A stretch of DNA of 64,000 bases from Verrucomicrobia bacterium UBA1200 (lineage in GTDB: Bacteria > Verrucomicrobiota > Kiritimatiellia > RFP12 > UBA1067), in NCBI GenBank assembly GCA_002309765.1, contig DBXY01000022.1, positions 134,361 through 198,360 on the forward strand, in the 5' to 3' direction. Every line of letters starts with the position of its first letter. Within the stretch, counting starts at the first letter, position 1. Below the pieces are notes generated by a model. That model had not been told where the DNA came from. It saw nothing but the letters and a program-made list of their open reading frames with translations, and did no database searches. Positions 7,738 to 15,541 of the stretch are shown one piece after another. Both the position numbers and the translations under genes were made by a program.

Positions 7738-10290
7738 ATGAGGATTGGTTTTATTGCATTCATAGCATTGGCGGCGGCGGCGTTCGGGGGTACTGAACCG
7801 ACCTCGCTCGACGAGGCGCTCGCCCTCTGCCGGCGCACATACGACTACGTGGCGAAGTCGCTGCCCGCAAATGAAGCACACCGGTTCAAGCAGGAGCTGG
7901 CAGTCGATGAGAAATGGGCCGCGGCGGCGAAGAGTCCGCAGGAGCGCGCGATAGTGGAGAAGGTGGTGCGCCGTCTCAGGCGTAGAATCCTGTTCGCCCA
8001 CCCTGACCTTCAGTTCGACCGACTCCTCTGCGTGCAGCGCGATGTGCCGTTCTCGCAGTTCAACCACATGGTGGACCAGTATCTCGGACGCTTCTCGCAC
8101 GCCGGCCCCGGCCTCGTGGTGCTGGAGAACTGGCGCACCTTCCCCGAGAAGAAGGTGCTACTCGCCGGCAAGCTGCCCGAAGGCTGCGTGCTCAATCCCG
8201 ATCTGCACTGGGACGCCGACCGCATCCTCTTCGCGTTCTGCGACCACACGCGTTCCCCCGAGGCCGATGCCGAGGCGCTCAAGGTGCCGAAGATCCTCGG
8301 CCCCAATGTACCCGAACGCCATCTCGTGCACCGCCGCTACTTCATCTACGAATGCGCGGCCGACGGTAGCTGGGTGCGCCAGCTCACGGGCGGCCCCGGC
8401 GACCCTATGGAGACCGTGGACGGCAGGCAGACGGTGATGATCGAGGACATCGACCCGTGCTATCTCCCCGACGGCGGCTTCCTCTTCTCGTCCACACGCT
8501 GCCAGACGTTCGGCCGATGCCACTGGGGACGCTACACGCCGAGCTTCCTCATGTACCGCGGCGAAGTGCCGCCCGTGGGAGCGTCCGCGCCGTTCGACTG
8601 CCATATTAGCCGCTTCTCCTTCGGTGAGGCGAACGAGTGGGAGCCTAGCGTGATGGACGACGGACGCATCGCCTACACGCGCTGGGACTACATAAACCGC
8701 AATTCCGCTCGCTTCCACTCGCTGTGGGCAGTGCGCCCCGACGGCACCGCCGTCTCCCACCTCTACGGCAACTGGTCGCGCAACATCACCGGATCGGCCG
8801 AAGTGAAGAGCGTGCCCGGCACGCACCTTCTCGTGGCCACCGCCACCGCGCACCACGCGATCACCGGCGGCTCGCTCTATCTCATCGACCCGCGCAAGGG
8901 CGAGGACGGGCTTGATCCCGTCACGCGCCTCACGCCGGAAATTCCTTTACCAGAGAGCGAAGGATGGAAGTTCCCCGGCTTCTACGCGGCCCCCATGCCG
9001 GTGAATGACACGCTTTTCTTCGCGAGCTACACGGACGATCCCGGCTGGTATCCGCCCGGCCACCCGCAGCATGTGAGCGGCATGGCCGCATGGCCCGAAT
9101 CCCGCTCCAGCGCGATATGGCTCGTCGACACGCTCGGCGGACGCGAACTCATCTACAAGGATCCCGCGTTCGGCACGTACAACCCAATCCCCATCGTTAA
9201 GCGCAAGAAGCCGCCCGTGCTCGCGTCCTCGCTTCCTCCCAACGCAGACGGCACCGGTGTCTGCTACGTGGAGAACTGCTACGACAGCCGTCATGGCATC
9301 CCCGCCGGATCGATCGCCGCCCTGCGCGTCAATCTTCTGCACGGGCTCACGATCGCTCAGCGCGAGACGCCCAGTCGGTACAACGATGTGGAGATTCACA
9401 AGGAGCCGCTCGGCACGGTGCCGGTGAACGCCGACGGCTCGGCCGCGTTCCGAATCCCGGCGGGCGTGCCGTTGCAACTGCAGGCCATCGACACAAACGG
9501 CATGGCCGTCCTGACCATGCGCAGCTTCATCTACTCGCAGAAGGGCGAAGTGCAGGGATGCACCGGCTGCCACGAGGACAAGCGAACCAGCCGTGCGGCG
9601 GTGCTCCGTCCCGAAGGCGTGAAGGTGCACGACATCAAACCCGAGGTTGACCTTGGCTACAAGGGGTGTTTCCGCTACGCGCTATCGGTGCAGCCGATCT
9701 TCGACCGCAAGTGCATATCCTGCCACGGCCTCGGCAAGGCACCGAGCTTCATTGGCGCGGAAGGGCACCACCGCCTTGTCAAGGACAGGCAGGTGGCGTT
9801 CATCCACGGCTATGCCGAGACGGACATTTCACGTCCGCACGACTACTTTGCCGCCGCGAGCGCGCTTACGAAGCGCCTGATGGCCGGGCACGGGCCGAAG
9901 CTCACGCCCGAGGAGTGGAGCACGCTGATTCTCTGGATGGACATGGGCGTGCCGGAGCATTCCATCGGCGGATACGGATGGAACCGTCCTGAGACGCGCG
10001 CCGTCGATCCCGAAGGCGAGAAGGCGCTGCGCGAGGCCGTCGCCGCGAAGGTAGGCGCGGAAGTGGCGGCGCAACCGTTCGACGCGCTCGTGAACCGCGG
10101 CGACGAGACGAAGAGCCGGGTGCTGTGGCTCTGCCGGGACGAAGACCGAGATGCGCTGCTGGCACTCTGCCGAAAGTCGCTCAAGCCGCACCCCGCTTCG
10201 GACATTCAGGGCACGTGCGGACGAGATGACGCGTGCGAGTGCCACAGCTGCTGGGTGCGCCGCGGCGGCTACAACAAGCCGAAGCGCTGA
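7738..10290 (+). CDS. secreted beta-propeller protein with C-terminal CxxCH motifs (HzsA-related / PSCyt-like), paralog 1
   Basis: Start trimmed to ATG 7738, with AGGAGG 6 nt upstream (MRIGFIAFIALAAAAFG signal). TRWDYINRN and GGSLYLIDPRKGEDG are TolB/PD40-like propeller blocks. CTGCH lies at 9559..9573 and CISCHGLGK at 9712.. . The Cys-rich tail is GTCGRDDACECHSCW. Confidence 0.7.
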   Translation: MRIGFIAFIALAAAAFGGTEPTSLDEALALCRRTYDYVAKSLPANEAHRFKQELAVDEKWAAAAKSPQERAIVEKVVRRLRRRILFAHPDLQFDRLLCVQRDVPFSQFNHMVDQYLGRFSHAGPGLVVLENWRTFPEKKVLLAGKLPEGCVLNPDLHWDADRILFAFCDHTRSPEADAEALKVPKILGPNVPERHLVHRRYFIYECAADGSWVRQLTGGPGDPMETVDGRQTVMIEDIDPCYLPDGGFLFSSTRCQTFGRCHWGRYTPSFLMYRGEVPPVGASAPFDCHISRFSFGEANEWEPSVMDDGRIAYTRWDYINRNSARFHSLWAVRPDGTAVSHLYGNWSRNITGSAEVKSVPGTHLLVATATAHHAITGGSLYLIDPRKGEDGLDPVTRLTPEIPLPESEGWKFPGFYAAPMPVNDTLFFASYTDDPGWYPPGHPQHVSGMAAWPESRSSAIWLVDTLGGRELIYKDPAFGTYNPIPIVKRKKPPVLASSLPPNADGTGVCYVENCYDSRHGIPAGSIAALRVNLLHGLTIAQRETPSRYNDVEIHKEPLGTVPVNADGSAAFRIPAGVPLQLQAIDTNGMAVLTMRSFIYSQKGEVQGCTGCHEDKRTSRAAVLRPEGVKVHDIKPEVDLGYKGCFRYALSVQPIFDRKCISCHGLGKAPSFIGAEGHHRLVKDRQVAFIHGYAETDISRPHDYFAAASALTKRLMAGHGPKLTPEEWSTLILWMDMGVPEHSIGGYGWNRPETRAVDPEGEKALREAVAAKVGAEVAAQPFDALVNRGDETKSRVLWLCRDEDRDALLALCRKSLKPHPASDIQGTCGRDDACECHSCWVRRGGYNKPKR

Positions 10291-10347
10291 TTTTGAAGGT
10301 CGCGTCTCGTAAATGGTTAGTGTGAAATTTCTAATTTTACCACCTTG
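10072..10347 (+). repeat. duplicated 3' end plus spacer, copy 1
   Basis: 10072..10313 is identical base for base to 12795..13036 (242 nt, checked by hand). 10315..10347 matches 13166..13198 with 2 mismatches. Confidence 0.9.
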
Positions 10348-10367
10348 ATAAAAAAAGCAGTGCGATT

Positions 10368-13013
10368 ATGAACATCAAAATCCTGTTCGTCGCGGTCGTC
10401 GCGACGGGATGCACGGCAGCCGCAGTCCTTCCGATGCCGGCGACAACGCCCGAGGAGATTATCGCCCTCGCGCACCGCACATACGACTATGTGGCGCAAA
10501 GCGTGCCCGAAAGGGAGTTAGCCGCACTTAAGGACGAGTTGGCCATTGACGAGGAGTGGTACGCAGACGCGAAGAAGGCGAACAACGCGCGCGAGATGCG
10601 CAACGCCGCGCGTGAGTTGAAGTCGGTGCGCCGCCGCATCCTTTTCAAGCACCCCGACCTCCAGTTCAAGCGGCTGCTCGCCGTGCAGCGCGGGTTGCCG
10701 TTCTCGCAGGAGTCCGGCACCACGGACCAGTACGCCGGTCGCTGGTCTCGTCCGGGACCGGGGCTAGTGGTGCTCGACAACTGGCAGGGGGCGCCACACA
10801 AGACGGTTCTCCTGAAGGATAAGCTTCCCTGGGGTACGGTACTCAATCCTGACCTCCACTGGGACGGCGACCGCGTCCTCTTCGCCTTCTGCGACCATAC
10901 GCGCAAGCCAGAGGCCGATCCGAAGGCGTGCGGCGCACCACCGGTGGTGAAGCTGGAGGACCAGCGCCTCGACTGGCTGCGGCGCGTCGATCCCGGCAAC
11001 CCGAACTTCGCGTCGCCGGACGGCCAGTTCTCCGTGATGCACCATCGCTACTTCATCTACGAGGCGGCGGCGGACGGCAGTTGGGTACGTCAGTTGACGG
11101 GCTGTCCCGGCGACTTGATGAAGACATGGGAAGGTCGGCAGACGATCCTGCTGGAGGATGCCGATCCGTGCTATCTGCCGGACGGGGGGGTTGTGTTTAA
11201 CTCCACGCGCTGCCAGACGATCGCCCGCTGCCACGGCGGCCGTTATGTGCCGGCGTGGCTTCTTTATCGCGCCGAGCTGCCGCCGCCCGGTGAGATCTGC
11301 GCGCGGGACATCCGCCAGCTCTCGTGGGGCGAGGCGAACGAATGGGAGCCGGCCGTGCTGAATGACGGGCGCATCTGCTACACGCGCTGGGACTACATAA
11401 ACCGGCATGCGGTGTGGTTCTCCAGCCTCTGGACCACGAAACCCGACGGCACAGCCGTTGGCCACTATTACGGTAACTACTCTAAGACCATCTTCACGAC
11501 AACCGAGGTGAAACCGATTCCCGGCTCACCGCTTGTTGTCGCCACCGCCGCGTCCCACCACCTCTTTTCAAGCGGCTCGCTCGTGCTGATCGACACGCGC
11601 AATGGTGAGGACGGCGAGGCGCCGCTCACGCGCCTCACGCCTGAGTGTCCCTTTCCCGAAGCGGAAGGCTGGAAGGGCAGCGGACTCTGGTGCGGACCGA
11701 TGCCCGTGAACGACACGCTGTTCTTCGCGTCCTACTCGCCGGACACGACGGAATACCCGGAGGGACATCCCCGCTTCCACTCGCACAGCTGGACGGCGGC
11801 GTGGCCAGACCCGCGCTCGTTCGGCGTGTGGCTCGTGGACACCCTCGGCGGGCGCGAACTCATCTACCAAGATCCCGAATGGAGCACGTTCAACCCGATC
11901 CCGCTCGTGAAGCGTCCAAAGCCGCCCGCGCTCGTCTCCACGCTGCCGCCCGCCGACAAGGCGCCGACGAGCGGTCTCTGCTATGTGGAGAACGTCTACG
12001 ACGCGCGCGTAGAGCTGCCGAAAGGGAGCGTGAAGGCATTGCGGATCAACCGGTTGTTCAACCAGGGACCGGTGCGCCACTGGTCGTGGAACCAAGGCGG
12101 AGACCTAGACATCTACAAAGAATCGCTCGGCACGGTGCCGGTGGCGGCGGACGGGTCGGCGGCGTTCCGCATCCCGGCCGAGATGCCGATCCAGCTCCAG
12201 GCGCTCGACAAGGACGGCATGGCGATCTACACGATGCGCTCGTTCATCTACGCGCAGAAGGGCGAGATCCAGGGCTGCACTGGTTGCCACGAAAACAAAA
12301 TGGCGAGCGTCGCGCCCGCGAAGATGCCTGCGGACCGTCATGTGTACGATCCCGTGCCAGAGGTGGATCTCGGCTATCACGGCCCGTTTAGCTATCCGCG
12401 CAGTATACAGCCGATTTTCGACCGCCACTGCATCTCCTGCCACGGACTCGGCAAGGCGCCGGACTTCATCGGCACGAACGGTATCCGCCGCCTCGTCAAG
12501 GACGGGCAGGTGTGCTTCGCGAAGTCCTACGCCGAGACGATCGAGTCGAAGCCCTACGATTACTTCGCGGCGCCGAGTCCGCTCACGAAGCGGCTCAAGG
12601 CGGGACACGGCGGCGCGAAGCTTTCGCCGGACGAGTGGAAGACACTGATCCTCTGGATGGACCTCAATGTACCGGAGTGGAACATCGGCGGCGGCTACAG
12701 CTGGAACCGTCCCGAACTGCGCGAGACAGACCCGGAAGGGGAGAAACGCCTGCGCGAAGCCGTCGCCGCGAATGTGGGCGCGGAAGTGGTGGCACAACCG
12801 TTCGACGCGCTCGTGAACCGCGGCGACGAGACGAAGAGCCGGGTGCTGTGGCTCTGCCGGGACGAAGACCGAGATGCGCTGCTGGCACTCTGCCGAAAGT
12901 CGCTCAAGCCGCACCCCGCTTCGGACATTCAGGGCACGTGCGGACGAGATGACGCGTGCGAGTGCCACAGCTGCTGGGTGCGCCGCGGCGGCTACAACAA
13001 GCCGAAGCGCTGA
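10368..13013 (+). CDS. secreted beta-propeller protein with C-terminal CxxCH motifs (HzsA-related / PSCyt-like), paralog 2
   Basis: Collinear with paralog 1: TRWDYINRH, GSLVLIDTRNGEDG, CTGCHENK, CISCHGLGK and an identical final ~73 aa. The N-terminus MNIKILFVAVVATGCTAAA is a signal peptide or lipobox-like. Confidence 0.7.
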   Translation: MNIKILFVAVVATGCTAAAVLPMPATTPEEIIALAHRTYDYVAQSVPERELAALKDELAIDEEWYADAKKANNAREMRNAARELKSVRRRILFKHPDLQFKRLLAVQRGLPFSQESGTTDQYAGRWSRPGPGLVVLDNWQGAPHKTVLLKDKLPWGTVLNPDLHWDGDRVLFAFCDHTRKPEADPKACGAPPVVKLEDQRLDWLRRVDPGNPNFASPDGQFSVMHHRYFIYEAAADGSWVRQLTGCPGDLMKTWEGRQTILLEDADPCYLPDGGVVFNSTRCQTIARCHGGRYVPAWLLYRAELPPPGEICARDIRQLSWGEANEWEPAVLNDGRICYTRWDYINRHAVWFSSLWTTKPDGTAVGHYYGNYSKTIFTTTEVKPIPGSPLVVATAASHHLFSSGSLVLIDTRNGEDGEAPLTRLTPECPFPEAEGWKGSGLWCGPMPVNDTLFFASYSPDTTEYPEGHPRFHSHSWTAAWPDPRSFGVWLVDTLGGRELIYQDPEWSTFNPIPLVKRPKPPALVSTLPPADKAPTSGLCYVENVYDARVELPKGSVKALRINRLFNQGPVRHWSWNQGGDLDIYKESLGTVPVAADGSAAFRIPAEMPIQLQALDKDGMAIYTMRSFIYAQKGEIQGCTGCHENKMASVAPAKMPADRHVYDPVPEVDLGYHGPFSYPRSIQPIFDRHCISCHGLGKAPDFIGTNGIRRLVKDGQVCFAKSYAETIESKPYDYFAAPSPLTKRLKAGHGGAKLSPDEWKTLILWMDLNVPEWNIGGGYSWNRPELRETDPEGEKRLREAVAANVGAEVVAQPFDALVNRGDETKSRVLWLCRDEDRDALLALCRKSLKPHPASDIQGTCGRDDACECHSCWVRRGGYNKPKR

Positions 13014-13067
13014 TTTTGAAGGTCGCGTCTCGTAAACGGTTAGCCCGCAGCCCCCGCCCCGCGCGGG
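12795..13067 (+). repeat. duplicated 3' end, copy 2, plus GGTTAGCCCGC element, copy 3
   Basis: 12795..13036 equals 10072..10313. ggttagcccgcagcccccgccccgcgcggg lies at 13038..13067 and contains the palindrome CCCGCGCGGG. Confidence 0.9.
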
Positions 13068-13091
13068 AACATTCATCTTGATAACTTTAGC

Positions 13092-13151
13092 CGTGTAGAA
13101 CGTGTAGAGCGTGTAAATCTTTGCGTCCTTTGCGCTCTTTGCGGCTAAAAA
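13092..13151 (+). repeat. phased 9-mer element, copy B (six consecutive 9-mers)
   Basis: CGTGTAGAA CGTGTAGAG CGTGTAAAT CTTTGCGTC CTTTGCGCT CTTTGCGGC TAAAAA. Confidence 0.75.
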
Positions 13152-13195
13152 CCGTTGTTGTAATAGGTAAGTGTGAAATTTCTAATTTTACCCCC

Positions 13196-13224
13196 TTGCA
13201 CATGAGCACAAATTATGGCATAAT
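13196..13224 (+). promoter_or_regulatory. sigma-70-type promoter candidate for cysK
   Basis: TTGCAC (13196..13201), a 17-nt spacer, then CATAAT (13219..13224). Confidence 0.45.
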
Positions 13225-13327
13225 GAACGCACTTGGCCTCTTTGAGGTGTGATGCCGTAATTTCACCATCCCCATAAGGTGATTTCGGACCTAGGTTTCT
13301 GACGATTAACTCTAACAGGCGACAACA

Positions 13328-14257
13328 ATGGTTTGCGACACGGTTTTGGAGGCGGTCGGCCACACCCCGATGGTGCGGTTGCACCGGATGCTTTTGCCCG
13401 GTTCGGCCGAGGTGTTGGTCAAATTTGAAGGGTTGAACGTGGGCGGATCAATCAAGACCCGCACCGCGCTGAACATGATCGAGGACGCAGAACGGCGCGG
13501 ATTGATCGGGCCGGACTCGATTATCGTGGAGCCGACCAGCGGCAACCAAGGTATCGGTCTGGCACTGGTGGGCGCGGTCCGCGGCTACCGCACCGTGATC
13601 ATCATGCCCGATTCAGTGAGCGAGGAACGCCGCAAACTGATGCGCCACTACGGTGCCGAAGTGGTGCTGATCCACGATGCCGGAAACATCGGCGACTGCA
13701 TCAAGACTTGCGTGGAAACGGCGGAGAAAATGGCCCGCGACGATCCTAGGGTTTTTGTGCCGCAGCAATTCTCGAACCCCGCCAACCCGGAGGTGCACAA
13801 ACACCACACCGCGCTGGAAATCATGGAACAGGTCGCCGGACCGATCCACGGGTTCTGTTCCGGCATCGGCACCGGCGGCACGCTTTCCGGCATCGGCGAA
13901 GTGCTCAAGGCGCAGAATCCCGACATCGAGATTTGGGCGGTCGAACCGCAAAACGCCGCGATTTTGGCCGGCGGAACGATTGGTACCCACCTGCAGATGG
14001 GTATCGGGGACGGACTGATCCCGGACAACCTGAACCAAAGGATTTTCAACGAAATTTACATCGTCACCGATGATGAGGCCATCCAAACCGCCCGCGACCT
14101 GGCCCGCAAGGAGGGGTTGATGGTGGGCATCTCGGCCGGAACCAACGTTGCGGCCGCACTTCGGCTCGCGCACAAGCTCGGCCAGGGGAAAACCGTGGTT
14201 ACCGTATTGCCCGATACGGCGGAACGTTATTTCAGCACCCCGCTTTTCGCGGACTAA
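13328..14257 (+). CDS. cysK: cysteine synthase A (O-acetylserine sulfhydrylase, PLP-dependent)
   Basis: GHTPMVRL, SIKTRTAL (PLP lysine region), EPTSGNQGIGLA and GIGTGGTLSG are classical CysK/CysM fold-type II motifs. The 309-aa length fits. Confidence 0.9.
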   Translation: MVCDTVLEAVGHTPMVRLHRMLLPGSAEVLVKFEGLNVGGSIKTRTALNMIEDAERRGLIGPDSIIVEPTSGNQGIGLALVGAVRGYRTVIIMPDSVSEERRKLMRHYGAEVVLIHDAGNIGDCIKTCVETAEKMARDDPRVFVPQQFSNPANPEVHKHHTALEIMEQVAGPIHGFCSGIGTGGTLSGIGEVLKAQNPDIEIWAVEPQNAAILAGGTIGTHLQMGIGDGLIPDNLNQRIFNEIYIVTDDEAIQTARDLARKEGLMVGISAGTNVAAALRLAHKLGQGKTVVTVLPDTAERYFSTPLFAD

Positions 14258-14281
14258 CCCCGCAGGAGGATTTCCAAAGCC

Positions 14282-15379
14282 ATGCCAGTTTCCGTCAACA
14301 TATCTCATGTGGTAAAAACTTTCGGCGAGTTCACCGCGCTTAAGGACGTGTCCATCGACATCCGCCCCGGCGAGTTGTTCTTCCTGCTCGGCCCCAGCGG
14401 ATGCGGGAAAACCACGCTGTTGCGAAGCATCGCCGGTTTCTACACCCCGGATTCGGGGACCATCAGTATCGGCGAACGGGACGTAACCCGGTTACCGCCA
14501 CACCGCCGCGACACCGGTATGATGTTCCAAAGTTACGCGTTGTGGCCGCACATGACCCTAGAAGAGAACGTGGCGTTCGGGTTGGAGATGCGCAAGGTCG
14601 GCAAGGCCGAGCGAAACCGGCTGGTAACGGAAGCTCTGGAGCTGGTTCATCTCGCCGACCGGGCAAAGCAACGGCCAAACCAGCTTTCAGGCGGCCAACA
14701 GCAGCGTGTCGCGCTGGCAAGGGCGTTGGTCATCAAACCGCAATGCCTGCTGCTCGACGAACCGTTGTCGAACCTGGACGCAAAACTGCGTTTGGAGATG
14801 CGTACCGATATCCGGCGCATTTGCAAAGATTCCGGCTTGACCGCGATCTACGTCACCCACGACCAAAAAGAGGCGTTGTCCATCGCCGACCGGCTGGCGG
14901 TGATGCACTCCGGCGTGGTGGAGCAGATCGGAACCCCGGCGGAAGTGTACCGTAACCCGACCAACCGGTTTGTGGCGGGTTTTATCGGTGAAGGCAACTT
15001 CTTTGAGGGCGTGGTGGCTACCGCCAACGGAACTGGGCTGGAAATCAACACACCGTACGGCGACTTCATCGCCGCCCGGCGGAACGTCAAATTCAGTGCC
15101 GGAGACCGGGCAACCTTGTGTATCCGCCCCGAAACCATCCGTTTTGACCCACCGCCTCCTGGGGCACCAAACCGAATCGAAACCACCGTGAAAGGCCATG
15201 TCTATCTCGGCGAAATCGCGCAACGGACTCTGTTAGCCGCGGCAAAAAACGGCACCGCGCCTTTGGAACTGAAAGCGTTTGAAATTAACCCGCAAACCGA
15301 CACTCTGCCCGAAGGTTCGGCCGTCACCTGCTGGGTCGCACCCGAACAAATAATCGTTACCGGAGAAGACACCGTTTAA
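14282..15379 (+). CDS. ABC transporter ATP-binding protein, importer type (PotA/FbpC/CysA/MalK family) with C-terminal TOBE-like domain
   Basis: Walker A GPSGCGKTT, signature LSGGQQQRVALARAL and Walker B LLLDEPLSNLD. AGGAGG lies upstream. No permease or binding-protein gene is adjacent. Confidence 0.85.
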   Translation: MPVSVNISHVVKTFGEFTALKDVSIDIRPGELFFLLGPSGCGKTTLLRSIAGFYTPDSGTISIGERDVTRLPPHRRDTGMMFQSYALWPHMTLEENVAFGLEMRKVGKAERNRLVTEALELVHLADRAKQRPNQLSGGQQQRVALARALVIKPQCLLLDEPLSNLDAKLRLEMRTDIRRICKDSGLTAIYVTHDQKEALSIADRLAVMHSGVVEQIGTPAEVYRNPTNRFVAGFIGEGNFFEGVVATANGTGLEINTPYGDFIAARRNVKFSAGDRATLCIRPETIRFDPPPPGAPNRIETTVKGHVYLGEIAQRTLLAAAKNGTAPLELKAFEINPQTDTLPEGSAVTCWVAPEQIIVTGEDTV

Positions 15380-15541
15380 TCGCGCATAGCAAACTTATTT
15401 GATTGTATTTCACCCGCCTTTTTGATAAATTATTAGCATTTTGTGGAAATGGTGGGGAAGGTTGGTCGATAATCTTTTCATTTAAGGGTTATTGCCATCT
15501 GCTATCTGTCATTGTCGATTACGAACGAAAAGGGAAATGCT

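Noticed and set aside
13092-13151. CRISPR-like interpretation of the periodic 8- and 9-mer arrays
   Set aside because: The units are contiguous 8-9 nt repeats with no spacers. They are far shorter than CRISPR repeats, and no cas genes are present.
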